A DNA stretch of 64,000 bases from Pyrinomonadaceae bacterium (GCA_046313635.1 JBKBYA010000007.1:32001-96000), one strand, 5' to 3'; numbered from the stretch's first letter, positions 1 through 9,540 are shown. The notes: generated by a model not told the origin, from the letters alone. Numbers and translations are program-made.

Positions 1-1
1 G

Positions 2-505
2 ATCAGGTTTTACAAGCTGCCGTTCTGGAAGGTGGCCGACGCCTTTGCACCGGGCGTCGCGCTCGGGCAGGCGTTCGGCCGTCAGGGATGTTTTGCCGCG
101 GGCTGCTGCTGGGGCAAGCCGACCGACCTTTTTTGGGGCGTGCACTTTACCGAGGCCGGCCACGAATACACGGGTGTACCGACCTACGGGCCTGACGGCA
201 GCGAATTGTTTCTGCATCCGACGCAGCTCTACGAGTCGTTCTTTATGGTGCTCGTCTTTGCGCTGCTGTACTACCTGCATCGCCGCAAAAAGTTTGACGG
301 TCAGGTGCTGATCGCGTACGGCATCGTTTACTCGATCTTTCGATTCCTGATCGAATTTGTCCGCGATGATCCGCGCGGCGACGTCGCGGGTCTCACAAGC
401 CTGACGGGCCTCTCGACATCGCAGCTCATCAGCCTCGTCGTCGCGGCGGGAGCGATCGTCTTTATGATCGTGCGCCTGCGCAAGGCCGGAGCAGAGGAGA
501 AGTGA
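2..505 (+). CDS. lgt: Prolipoprotein diacylglyceryl transferase (5'-truncated by window edge)
   Basis: Motifs DAFAPGVALGQAFGRQGCF..GCCWG, LHPTQLYES and FRFLIEFVR; the frame is open to the window start. Confidence 0.93.
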   Translation: MRFYKLPFWKVADAFAPGVALGQAFGRQGCFAAGCCWGKPTDLFWGVHFTEAGHEYTGVPTYGPDGSELFLHPTQLYESFFMVLVFALLYYLHRRKKFDGQVLIAYGIVYSIFRFLIEFVRDDPRGDVAGLTSLTGLSTSQLISLVVAAGAIVFMIVRLRKAGAEEK

Positions 506-506
506 G

Positions 507-540
507 AGCTGATAGCTGATAGCTGTCAGCTATCAGCTAT
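507..540. repeat. Short heptamer (AGCTGAT/ATCAGCT) inverted repeat between lgt and rluD
   Basis: agctgatagctgatagctg-tcagctatcagctat; related element at 21311-21345. Confidence 0.7.
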
Positions 541-552
541 TCCAAACCAGTC

Positions 553-1560
553 TTGCGATCGACCGACACAAACCAACAGTTCATTGCGTCCGGCGCCGAT
601 GCCGGCATGCGGCTCGATGCGTTTCTCGCCGCGAAGATCGACGGCTGGTCGCGGTCGCGGCTCCAGCGTCTGATCGAGGACGGCGACGTTCTCGTCAATC
701 AGAAGCAGACAAAAGCGTCGTACAAGCTGCGCGACGGTGACGAGATCGACGTCGAACTGACAGAGATACCGACCGCTCGATTCGAGCCCGAGTACATTCC
801 GCTCGACATCGTCTTTGAAGACGAGCATCTCGCCGTCATCAATAAGCCCGCTGGGATGGTCGTGCATCCCGGCGCGGGCGTCTCGTCGGGCACTCTCGCC
901 AACGCGATCGCGTGGCACTTCGAGTCAGAACCACCTGCGTCAGCGGGTGGTCAGTTCGCCGATCCGGCGAGAGACTGGCCGCCTGCTGACGCGGGCGGTT
1001 CTGACCGGGTCGGCATCGTTCATCGTCTTGATAAGGACACCTCGGGGCTGATCGTCGTCGCCAAAGACGAACGTACGCACGAGGCGCTCGCGGAGCAGTT
1101 TCGCAGCCGAACTGTTTACAAAAAGTACGTCGCACTCGTGCACGGCAGCCCGCGTGAGGATCAGGGCAAGATCGACCGTCCGATCGCACGCGACCGATGG
1201 CACCGGACCAAGATGACCGCAGCCGCGAACGGCCGCGCCGCGCTCTCGCTGTGGAAAGTGCGCGAGCGTTTTGAAAAATTCACGCTCCTAGACGTCGAGA
1301 TCAAAACGGGCCGCACGCACCAGATCCGCGTTCATCTCGCGTCGATCAATCACCCGGTCGTCGGCGACGCCGTCTACAACGAGGGCCGCGACAACACTAT
1401 CGCCGACCAGACGATCAAAAAGGCCGTCGCCGGTCTCGGCCGATTTTTTCTTCACGCGGAGACTCTCGCCGTCGATCACCCCGCGACGGGCGAACGCCTG
1501 AAATTTACCTCACCGCTCCCCGACGAACTACATCGTCTGCTCGATCTTCTTCGCTCTTAG
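553..1560 (+). CDS. rluD: RluA/RluD-family 23S rRNA pseudouridine synthase with N-terminal S4 domain
   Basis: S4-like RLDAFLA..SRSRLQRLIEDG, NKPAGMVVHP, catalytic GIVHRLDKDTSG, TGRTHQIRVH, GDAVY, LHA; TTG start uncertain. Confidence 0.9.
   Translation: MRSTDTNQQFIASGADAGMRLDAFLAAKIDGWSRSRLQRLIEDGDVLVNQKQTKASYKLRDGDEIDVELTEIPTARFEPEYIPLDIVFEDEHLAVINKPAGMVVHPGAGVSSGTLANAIAWHFESEPPASAGGQFADPARDWPPADAGGSDRVGIVHRLDKDTSGLIVVAKDERTHEALAEQFRSRTVYKKYVALVHGSPREDQGKIDRPIARDRWHRTKMTAAANGRAALSLWKVRERFEKFTLLDVEIKTGRTHQIRVHLASINHPVVGDAVYNEGRDNTIADQTIKKAVAGLGRFFLHAETLAVDHPATGERLKFTSPLPDELHRLLDLLRS
924..1005. repeat. REP-like palindromic element lying in frame inside rluD
   Basis: 32-nt inverted arms 924-955 and 974-1005 (27/32 Watson-Crick, 4 more G-U compatible); each arm is itself a hairpin, and there is an inner hairpin at 956-970. 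Confidence 0.85.
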
Positions 1561-1579
1561 CCGCTGCATCTCCACACGC

Positions 1580-1735
1580 TCATTGCATTTCCGGTGGCCG
1601 CACGTCGGCCCGGACCGAAAATGCCGTCTGCATAGGACGCTCGGCGGTCCGCTTTTGCGCGGCGGCAGGCGGGGTCAGGAGGATAGAGGCCGCGGCGGCC
1701 GCGACGAGCGAGAGGTCGATCAGGTTGAGTTTCAT
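1580..1735 (-). CDS. Possible small secreted protein (51 aa)
   Basis: MKLNLIDLSLVAAAAASILLTPPAAAQ resembles a signal peptide; AAGGA-like RBS upstream; no homology evidence. Confidence 0.35.
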   Translation of the reverse strand: MKLNLIDLSLVAAAAASILLTPPAAAQKRTAERPMQTAFSVRADVRPPEMQ

Positions 1736-1904
1736 TCTTTTTTCACTTTCCTTGGTTAGATTTCCCCTTCTGCGATCGCCCTGTGCGCGCGGCGCGGCAA
1801 AAAAGACACCTCGGCGTCGATCCGAGATATTCGCGCGTCGCCGGGGCGATCGGTGTGTGTGATAACTTATCTGAAAAAATCCGAGCTCACCGATCAATAA
1901 AACA

Positions 1905-4202
1905 ATGGATCTTTACAAACCCGTACTCCTCATCGCTCTCGTACTCTCGTCTGCGTTTGTCTCTAGCGCGCAGCGCATCGACGTCGTCCCGCGGCCCGAC
2001 GCGGTCGTGCCGAAGAGCGGCGAATTCAAGCTCGGGCGCAAGACAAAGATCGTCTCCGCGAGCGAGCCCGCGCGCAGGATGGCCGGCATCCTCAACGGCC
2101 TGCTCAAGCGCAATTTCGGTCTCGAGCTGGAGGTGACTGACGGTCGGCCGGCCAAGAACAAGATCGAACTGATCATCGCTCTCCCCTCCGGCGGCGCGCG
2201 GCTCGGCGAGGACTACACGCTCGAGGTGACGCGCGACTCGATCACTATTGCAGGCACCGAGGCCGGGGCCTTTTACGGCATACAGACGCTCATGCAGCTG
2301 CTGCCGGCCGCGGGCGGCAGAGCGAGCTACAAGGTGCCCGCCGTCGAGATCCGCGACCAGCCGCGCTTCGGCTATCGCGGAATGCATCTCGACGTGAGCC
2401 GGCATTTCTTCACGGTCGAATTCGTCAAGAAGTACATCGACCTGATGTCGCAGTACAAGTTCAACACTTTTCACTGGCACCTGACCGACGATCAGGGCTG
2501 GCGGATCGAGATCAAAAAGTATCCGCGGCTGACCGAGGTCGGCTCCAAGCGGCCCGAAACGGTCGTCGGCCGAAACCTCTCGCCCTACATCGGCGACAAG
2601 ACGCCCGTCGAGGGCTTTTACACACAGGACGAGATCCGCGACGTCGTCGCCTACGCGAGGGCCCGATACGTCACCGTCATTCCCGAGATCGAATTGCCGG
2701 GCCACGCGTCTGCCGCGATCGCCGCGTATCCGCAGCTCGGCTGCAAGACGGACCTTCAGTACAAGGTGCAGACGACTTGGGGAATTTTCAAAGAGACGTT
2801 TTGCCCGACCGACGAAACCTTTAAGTTTCTCGAGGACGTGCTGGCCGAGGTGATCGAGCTGTTTCCCGACTCGCCGTACATTCACATCGGCGGCGACGAG
2901 GTCTTAAAAGATCATTGGAAGGAGTCTGAATTCGTACAGCAGCTAAAGCAGCGCGAGAGTCTCAAGGACGAGCACGAGGTGCAGAGCTACTTTGTGCGGC
3001 GGATCGAGCGGTTCATCAACTCCAAAGGCAAAAAGATCATCGGTTGGGACGAGATACTCGAGGGCGGCGTCGCGCCGAACGCGACCATCATGAGCTGGCG
3101 CGGCGAGCGGGGCGGCATCGAGGCCGCCAAGGCAAAACACGACGTCATAATGACGCCGAACACATACGTCTACTTCGACTACGGCCAAGGCGACCCGGCG
3201 TTCGAGCCGCTCAATATCGGCAGTTACATTCCGCTCGCAAAGGTCTACGGCTGGGACCCCGTGCCCAAAGACCTGACCGCGGACGAGGCCAGGTACATCC
3301 TCGGCGGTCAGGCCAACGTCTGGACCGAGTATCTAAAGACGCCGCAGGCGGTCGAGTATATGGCCTTTCCGCGGATGATCGCGCTCGCCGAGGCGCTGTG
3401 GACGCGGCCCGAGAACAAGGACCACGCCGACTTTGCCCGCCGCCTCGCCGCGCATCTGCCGCGGCTCGACCGGCAGAATGTGAACTATCGCATCCCCGAG
3501 CCCGCCGGCCTGCGAAATATGTTTGTCCCAACGGCGGGCGACGGCAAGGTCGAGCTCGCGCTGACGCCATTTGCCGCCGGGCAAAAGATCTACTACACGA
3601 CCGACGGCTCGACGCCGGACGAGAGGTCGGCAGAGTATCGCGGCCCGATCGCTTTGAGTCTTGCGTCCGGCGAGATCAAAACTTTGAAAACGATCGTCGC
3701 GACGCCGACCGGCCGGAAGAGCGTCGTCTATGCCGCGACCATCGTCCGCCGCGACCCGCTGCCGGCGTCCACGCTGAGCGAGAGGAGGCCGGGAGTCGAC
3801 TTTGAACTCTTGATACCGAACGACGACGCACGGGCAAAGGACGGCGTAATCCGCGCCGAGACTCGCTCGATCACCCTCGACCAATTCGCAAGGAGCTACG
3901 ACCTCAAGAAACCCTTTGCCGTCACATTCGACGGCTACATCAACGCGCCCGTCGACGGCGTGTACGAGCTGCAGGCCGACGCGACATGGGACGTCACTGT
4001 CGTGCTCGACGGTGAAAAGCTGATCGACGACGCCGGCACAAAAGACCGCAGGGTGCGATCGGCGATCGTCCCGCTCAAGGCCGGGCTGCACAAGATCTCG
4101 CTGCGCTACAACCATCGCGGCGGCGACGCGACTTTCAGATTCCTGTTCGGGCAAAAGGGCCAGGGTCTCTCGCGGCTCTACGGCGGCGAGTTTGTGCATT
4201 GA
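1905..4202 (+). CDS. Secreted beta-N-acetylhexosaminidase (GH20) with C-terminal FN3-associated and PA14-like domains
   Basis: Signal peptide; RGMHLDVSRHF, FHWHLTDDQGWR, PEIELPGH, catalytic HIGGDE, GWDEI; IYYTTDGSTP. Confidence 0.93.
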   Translation: MDLYKPVLLIALVLSSAFVSSAQRIDVVPRPDAVVPKSGEFKLGRKTKIVSASEPARRMAGILNGLLKRNFGLELEVTDGRPAKNKIELIIALPSGGARLGEDYTLEVTRDSITIAGTEAGAFYGIQTLMQLLPAAGGRASYKVPAVEIRDQPRFGYRGMHLDVSRHFFTVEFVKKYIDLMSQYKFNTFHWHLTDDQGWRIEIKKYPRLTEVGSKRPETVVGRNLSPYIGDKTPVEGFYTQDEIRDVVAYARARYVTVIPEIELPGHASAAIAAYPQLGCKTDLQYKVQTTWGIFKETFCPTDETFKFLEDVLAEVIELFPDSPYIHIGGDEVLKDHWKESEFVQQLKQRESLKDEHEVQSYFVRRIERFINSKGKKIIGWDEILEGGVAPNATIMSWRGERGGIEAAKAKHDVIMTPNTYVYFDYGQGDPAFEPLNIGSYIPLAKVYGWDPVPKDLTADEARYILGGQANVWTEYLKTPQAVEYMAFPRMIALAEALWTRPENKDHADFARRLAAHLPRLDRQNVNYRIPEPAGLRNMFVPTAGDGKVELALTPFAAGQKIYYTTDGSTPDERSAEYRGPIALSLASGEIKTLKTIVATPTGRKSVVYAATIVRRDPLPASTLSERRPGVDFELLIPNDDARAKDGVIRAETRSITLDQFARSYDLKKPFAVTFDGYINAPVDGVYELQADATWDVTVVLDGEKLIDDAGTKDRRVRSAIVPLKAGLHKISLRYNHRGGDATFRFLFGQKGQGLSRLYGGEFVH

Positions 4203-4207
4203 GATGC

Positions 4208-4293
4208 TTCCCGCAAAGTCGCAAAGCTGCGAAGATGACGACGCAGGGCCCCGCAGAGTTTATTCCATTGCGGTCCTTGCGGCTTTGCGTGAA
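4208..4293. repeat. Intergenic palindromic repeat, CGCAAAG family
   Basis: ttcccgcaaagtcgcaaag ... ccttgcggctttgcgtgaa; near-identical arms recur at 11036-11119. Confidence 0.75.
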
Positions 4294-4307
4294 ACTTCCT
4301 ATCGATC

Positions 4308-7300
4308 ATGAAAAAGCTCCTCGTTCTCGTCCTCCTGCTCACCGCTCACTCCTTACTGCTCCCTACACATGCGCAGCGCGCGACGACGGTCGACCACACA
4401 CGCTGGGTGAATCCCTTTATAGGCACCGGCGGTCACGGTCACACTTTTCCCGGCGCGGTGGTGCCCTTCGGAATGGTCCAGCTCTCGCCCGACACGCGCG
4501 AAGCGAACTGGGACGGGTCGTCCGGCTACCACTACTCGGACGATGTGATCTACGGCTTTTCGCACACGCACCTGAGCGGGACCGGCATTCCGGACGGCTG
4601 CGATATTTTGTTCATGCCGACGGTCGGCAGGCCGCAGTTTTTCGCGAAGGCCGGCGACAGGTCAGTCAACGGTTACGCCTCAAAATTCTCGCACGCTAAC
4701 GAAAAGGCGGAGCCGGGTTATTACTCGGTAAGGCTGGATGACGACGGGATCTTTGCCGAAATGACGGCGACCAAGCGCGTCGGGTTTCACCGCTATACTT
4801 TTCCGGCCGATGCCGAGGCAAAGATCACACTCGATCTAACTTGGCGGGACAAAACGCTGATGTCACAGATCGATGTCAAAGGAGATCGGATAGAAGGATG
4901 GCGGCGTTCATCTTCGTGGGCAAGAGACCAGACCATATACTTCGCAGCCCAATTTTCCGAGCGTTTCGCTGCACCATATTGGCACGAGGAATACATCTAT
5001 CCAGAGCCTCATATCACAGAGCACCAGGCGTGGATCGATAGAAGTCTTGGTCAAAATATCAGAGTAGCCTTCCCGTTCAGTAAGCCTAAGAATCGACAGA
5101 TCCTGCTCAAGGTCGCCGTCTCCTACGTCTCGATCGAAGGCGCTCGCAAGAATCTTGAGGCCGAGCTTCCCGGCTGGGATTTTGACAAGGTGCGTGCCGA
5201 CGCAAAGGATGCTTGGAACAAAGAGCTGAGCAAGATCAAGGTCTCTGGCGGGACGCCGGAGCAGACGACCAACTTCTACACGGCGCTCTATCACACGATG
5301 ATCCACCCGAGCGTCTTCAACGACGTTGACGGCCGGTATCGCGGGCTGGACGGCAAGGTGCATATTCTACGGAACGCGGACGCCCTCGTCCGCAATGAGC
5401 GTGGAGCGCGAAGAACAGCTGACGCCGCAAGCGGCGTTGGCGGACGAGGGCGTCCGCGTTCCGAGCAATACACCGTCTTCTCGCTGTGGGACACGTTCCG
5501 CGCGGCGCATCCGCTTTATACGATCATCGACCAGCGGCGCACGGTCGACTTTATCAACACGTTCATCCGAATCTACGAGCAGGGCGGGCGGCTGCCGGTG
5601 TGGGAATTGTGGGGCAACGAGACCGACACGATGATCGGCTATCACGCGGTGCCTGTGATCGCCGACGCGATGGCGAAGGGCATCAAGGGCTTTGACTACG
5701 AAAAGGCTTACGAGGCCGCGAAGCACTCCGCCGAGCTCGACAACTTCGGCCTCGCAGCCTACAAACGCCGCGGATACATCTCGATGGAGGACGAGAACGA
5801 GTCGGTCTCGCGAACGCTCGAGTACGCCTACGACGACTGGTGCATCATGAGCATGGCGTCGCTGCTCTTTAACTACCGTTCGCTCGGCCCCGGCGCGAAG
5901 AACGTGAATGCTGAGAACGACCCCTACTTGAAAGATCTCGCGAGAGACATCGACCATTACCGCCGGCGCGCCGGTAATTTCGAAAACCTCTTTGACACAA
6001 AGACCGGCTTCTTCCGCCCGAAAAGGAACGGCGGATTTGTCGAGCCCTTTGCGCCGAACGAGGTGACGTTCGGATTCACCGAGGGCAACTCGTGGCAGTA
6101 CTCCTTCTTTGTCCCGCACGACGTGACGCGGCTGATGGAGCTGATGGGCGGACAAGACAAATTCGTGGCAAAACTCGACGAGCTCTTTACCACCGAACAA
6201 AAACTGGCGGGGCGTGAGCAGGCCGATCTCACGGGCCTCATCGGCCAGTACGCTCACGGCAACGAACCTTCGCACCACATCGCTTATCTCTACAACTACG
6301 CGGGCCGGCCGTCGAAAACCCAAAAGTACGTCCGCCGGATAATGGACGAATTCTACAAGCCGACGCCCGACGGCCTGATCGGCAACGAGGACTGCGGCCA
6401 GATGTCTGCGTGGTACGTGCTGAGCGCGAGCGGCTTTTATCCAGTAGTGCCCGGCCAGACGCGTTACGAGCTGGGCACGCCGCTCTTCAAACAGATCGCC
6501 TTCGATCTCGAGAACGGAAAGCGCTTTGTCGTCCGCGCGCCGAATGTCTCGCCGAAGAATATCTATGTAAAGTCGGCGCGTTGGAACGGCCGGCCGCAGA
6601 CGGTCTCGTATCTCGTACACGAGCAGATCATGGCCGGCGGCGTTCTCGAGCTCGAGATGAGCGACACGCCGAACGACGCGGCATTTGAGCACTACTCGTC
6701 CACTACCGTTTACCAGGACCGCCCGGCCGTGCCGGCGATCGACGGCGGAGGACGGGTCTTTGTCTCGTCGACCAAAGTGTCTCTGACCTCGACGCGGCGA
6801 AACGCAAAGATCTACTACACTCTTGACGGCAGCAAGCCGGGACGAAATTCGAATTTGTACACCGGCCCATTTGTCATCGACAAGACCACGACGATAAAGG
6901 CGATCGCGGTCGCCGGCGACGGGGCCGCTTCGCTGACGGCCGAAGCGACATTCCAAAAGCAGCCCAACGACTGGACCGTCAAAGTGCTCTCCGGCTACAG
7001 CTCGCAGTACACGGGCGGCGGCGACAACGCGATCGTTGACGGCATTCGCGGGACGACGAATTTTGCGAGCGGCGAATGGCAGGGCGTGCAGGGCAAAACT
7101 TACGAAGCCGTCGTCGATCTGCGGCGAATGACGGAGATCAAAGAATTGGGCGCGAGCTTCCTGCAGGTCGCCGGACCGTGGATCTGGATGCCGGACCGCG
7201 TCGAGTTTGAAGTGTCGACCGACGGCGCGAGCTTTGTAAAAGCGGCCGAGATCCGCCCCGCATTTCCGCAGGACGAGATGACGCCGACGATCAAAGAGTT

Positions 7301-7433
7301 TCGGCGGTCGATCACGCCGACGCGGGCGCGATACGTGCGGATTCGAGCGTTCAACTTCGGCAAGATCCCGTCGTGGCATCCGGGCGCAGGCGGCTGGCCG
7401 TGGATCTTTATCGACGAGATCTTCGTCAGCTGA
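4308..7433 (+). CDS. Secreted GH92 alpha-mannosidase with C-terminal FN3-associated and discoidin-like domains
   Basis: VNPFIGTGGHGHTFPGA..PFGMVQLSPDT, FSHTHLSGTG, SLWDTFR, SRTLEYAYDDW, EGNSWQY, HGNEPSHH, GNEDCGQMSAWY. Confidence 0.93.
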   Translation: MKKLLVLVLLLTAHSLLLPTHAQRATTVDHTRWVNPFIGTGGHGHTFPGAVVPFGMVQLSPDTREANWDGSSGYHYSDDVIYGFSHTHLSGTGIPDGCDILFMPTVGRPQFFAKAGDRSVNGYASKFSHANEKAEPGYYSVRLDDDGIFAEMTATKRVGFHRYTFPADAEAKITLDLTWRDKTLMSQIDVKGDRIEGWRRSSSWARDQTIYFAAQFSERFAAPYWHEEYIYPEPHITEHQAWIDRSLGQNIRVAFPFSKPKNRQILLKVAVSYVSIEGARKNLEAELPGWDFDKVRADAKDAWNKELSKIKVSGGTPEQTTNFYTALYHTMIHPSVFNDVDGRYRGLDGKVHILRNADALVRNERGARRTADAASGVGGRGRPRSEQYTVFSLWDTFRAAHPLYTIIDQRRTVDFINTFIRIYEQGGRLPVWELWGNETDTMIGYHAVPVIADAMAKGIKGFDYEKAYEAAKHSAELDNFGLAAYKRRGYISMEDENESVSRTLEYAYDDWCIMSMASLLFNYRSLGPGAKNVNAENDPYLKDLARDIDHYRRRAGNFENLFDTKTGFFRPKRNGGFVEPFAPNEVTFGFTEGNSWQYSFFVPHDVTRLMELMGGQDKFVAKLDELFTTEQKLAGREQADLTGLIGQYAHGNEPSHHIAYLYNYAGRPSKTQKYVRRIMDEFYKPTPDGLIGNEDCGQMSAWYVLSASGFYPVVPGQTRYELGTPLFKQIAFDLENGKRFVVRAPNVSPKNIYVKSARWNGRPQTVSYLVHEQIMAGGVLELEMSDTPNDAAFEHYSSTTVYQDRPAVPAIDGGGRVFVSSTKVSLTSTRRNAKIYYTLDGSKPGRNSNLYTGPFVIDKTTTIKAIAVAGDGAASLTAEATFQKQPNDWTVKVLSGYSSQYTGGGDNAIVDGIRGTTNFASGEWQGVQGKTYEAVVDLRRMTEIKELGASFLQVAGPWIWMPDRVEFEVSTDGASFVKAAEIRPAFPQDEMTPTIKEFRRSITPTRARYVRIRAFNFGKIPSWHPGAGGWPWIFIDEIFVS
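5370..5463. repeat. REP-like palindromic element lying in frame inside the GH92 gene
   Basis: Perfect 24-bp inverted repeat cggaacgcggacgccctcgtccgc (5370-5393) / gcggacgagggcgtccgcgttccg (5440-5463); related single arm at 27177-27203. Confidence 0.88.
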
Positions 7434-7473
7434 CGCCCCTGGCGCGGAGGGCCGCGAAGTTATCGGCCGCTGA

Positions 7474-7489
7474 CGTGACGACCGTCACA
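7474..7489 (+). promoter_or_regulatory. Candidate CRP/FNR-family binding site upstream of nrfH
   Basis: CGTGA-cgaccg-TCACA, a 9/10 match to TGTGA-N6-TCACA, about 47 nt before the nrfH ATG. Confidence 0.5.
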
Positions 7490-7535
7490 CGATGACGACT
7501 TGCGGCCATTTAAATTCGATTTGAGTCGCCCGAGA

Positions 7536-8006
7536 ATGAACGTGCACACATTAAAACTTGTCATCGCCGCGATCGGCATCGGGCTGGCGGTCGGCGTAAG
7601 CGCGTATACCTTTGTCTATGCGAAGGGATACTCGTATCTCAGCAACGATCCGAATTCGTGCGCGAACTGTCACGTGATGAACGAGCAGTACAACGCCTGG
7701 CAAAAGTCGAGTCACCATTCGGTTGCGACGTGCAACGACTGTCACACGCCGCACGACGTCTTGAACAAGTATTACACCAAGGCCTCGAACGGCTTTTGGC
7801 ACTCGTACTACTTCACGACCAATTCATTTCACGAGCCGATCCAGATCACCGAGCGCAATCGCCAGGTGACCGAAGCGTCGTGCCGCAATTGCCATCAGAC
7901 GATGGTCGAGTCGATCACCGCTGGCGCCGCGGCAAGACAGCACCCCGAAATGGACGAGGGCGTCTCATGCATCCGATGCCACCGCTCGGTCGGGCATCTG
8001 CACTAA
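7536..8006 (+). CDS. nrfH: Cytochrome c nitrite reductase small subunit (tetraheme, NapC/NirT family)
   Basis: N-terminal TM helix; four CxxCH motifs (CANCH, CNDCH, CRNCH, CIRCH); directly upstream of nrfA. Confidence 0.92.
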   Translation: MNVHTLKLVIAAIGIGLAVGVSAYTFVYAKGYSYLSNDPNSCANCHVMNEQYNAWQKSSHHSVATCNDCHTPHDVLNKYYTKASNGFWHSYYFTTNSFHEPIQITERNRQVTEASCRNCHQTMVESITAGAAARQHPEMDEGVSCIRCHRSVGHLH

Positions 8007-8048
8007 CGGCTGCCGCATGACCTGAGGCGAGCACATTTTGAAAAAGCT

Positions 8049-9515
8049 ATGGCAGAACACGAAGTAAACAATTCGACCGAGGACAAAGGGTCAGGAACCG
8101 AGCCCGCAAGGCGCGGCGGCCGGATGTACGGCGTTAAGGTCGTCGTCGTGGTCGGCTTTGTCGCCTTTGCCGCCGCCATCGCGGGCGTCGCGATGCTGAC
8201 CAACATCATCGAGCGTAAGAATGAGGCCCGCAATCCATTCTTTCGCGTCGTCGAGCTGACCGACGACACGGTCGACCCTGAGGTGTGGGGCAAGAATTTT
8301 CCGCTGCAGTATGACGGCTACCGGCGAACGGTCGACCAGGTGCGCACACGCTACGGCGGCAGCGAGGCCGTACAGCAGACACCCGACAACGCCGATCCGC
8401 GCTCGGTCGTCGCCCAGTCGCGTCTCGAAGAAGATCCGCGGCTCAAGACGATGTGGGACGGCTACGCCTTTGCGGTCGACTTTCGCGAGGAGCGCGGCCA
8501 TGCGTATATGCTCGATGACCAGACATACACCGAGCGGCAAAAGGTGGTCGCGCAGCCGGGCACGTGCATCAACTGCCACGCATCGGCCTACGCGACATAC
8601 AAAAAGCTCGGCGACGGCGACATCTTTAAGGGCTTTGACGTGCTCAACAAGATGCCGTACACCGAGGCCCGCAAGGAGGTCACGCATCCGGTCGCGTGCA
8701 TCGACTGTCACGACCCGGCGACGATGCAGCTCCGCGTGACGAGGCCGGCATTCATGACCGCGATCGCGCAGGTAAAGGCGTCGCAGGGCGTGCAGAATTT
8801 TGACGTCAATCGCGACGCGACGCGGCAGGAGATGAGGACCTACGTCTGCGGCCAGTGCCACGTCGAGTACTACTTTAAGGGCGCCGAAAAGACGCTCACC
8901 TACCCGTGGCAGAATGGTCTCAAGGTCGAAAATATCCTCGCATATTACGACGGCGTGCAGCACAAGGACTGGACGCACAAGCAGACCGGCGCGGGCGTGC
9001 TCAAGGCGCAGCATCCCGAGTTTGAGATGTACAGCCAGGGCATCCACGCTCGGGCCGGCGTCTCCTGCGCCGACTGTCATATGCCCTACACGCGCGAGGG
9101 AGCGATGAAGATCAGCAACCACCACGTCCAAAGTCCTCTGCTGATGATCAATCAATCGTGCCAGACCTGCCACAAGGCGCCCGAGGATGAGCTGAAGTAC
9201 CGCATCGAGACGATCCAGACGCGCACCTTCGGCCTGCGCAATCTGGCGATGGACGCGCTGGTCCAGTTGATCGAAGACCTGCGGCTGGCGCGCGAGAGAG
9301 GTATGACCGACGAGCAGCTCGCGACGGCGCGCGACTACCAGCGAAAGGCGCAGTTCTATCTCGACTTTGTCGAGGCAGAGAACTCGATGGGCTTTCACGC
9401 TCCCGAGGAAGCGGCACGAGTGCTCGGCGAGTCGATGAACTTCACGCGAATGGGGCAGGTCGCGCTGCGCGATGTCGGCTTTAGCCGCATCGGGAATATC
9501 GCTCTTGCTCACTGA
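8049..9515 (+). CDS. nrfA: Ammonia-forming cytochrome c nitrite reductase catalytic subunit (pentaheme, CXXCH-type first heme)
   Basis: RGHAY, five heme motifs (CINCH, CIDCH, CGQCHVEYYF, CADCHMPY, CQTCH), KAQHPEFE, ENSMGFHAP. Confidence 0.93.
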   Translation: MAEHEVNNSTEDKGSGTEPARRGGRMYGVKVVVVVGFVAFAAAIAGVAMLTNIIERKNEARNPFFRVVELTDDTVDPEVWGKNFPLQYDGYRRTVDQVRTRYGGSEAVQQTPDNADPRSVVAQSRLEEDPRLKTMWDGYAFAVDFREERGHAYMLDDQTYTERQKVVAQPGTCINCHASAYATYKKLGDGDIFKGFDVLNKMPYTEARKEVTHPVACIDCHDPATMQLRVTRPAFMTAIAQVKASQGVQNFDVNRDATRQEMRTYVCGQCHVEYYFKGAEKTLTYPWQNGLKVENILAYYDGVQHKDWTHKQTGAGVLKAQHPEFEMYSQGIHARAGVSCADCHMPYTREGAMKISNHHVQSPLLMINQSCQTCHKAPEDELKYRIETIQTRTFGLRNLAMDALVQLIEDLRLARERGMTDEQLATARDYQRKAQFYLDFVEAENSMGFHAPEEAARVLGESMNFTRMGQVALRDVGFSRIGNIALAH

Positions 9516-9540
9516 CACGATCGCTTCGAGATCTCGTGCA

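Noticed and set aside
5367..7379. 670-aa antisense ORF (likewise 8091-9518, 13210-14451, 19581-21311, 22630-23946, 42535-43773)
   Set aside because: These are shadow ORFs opposite well-supported genes in high-GC DNA, with no recognisable motifs.
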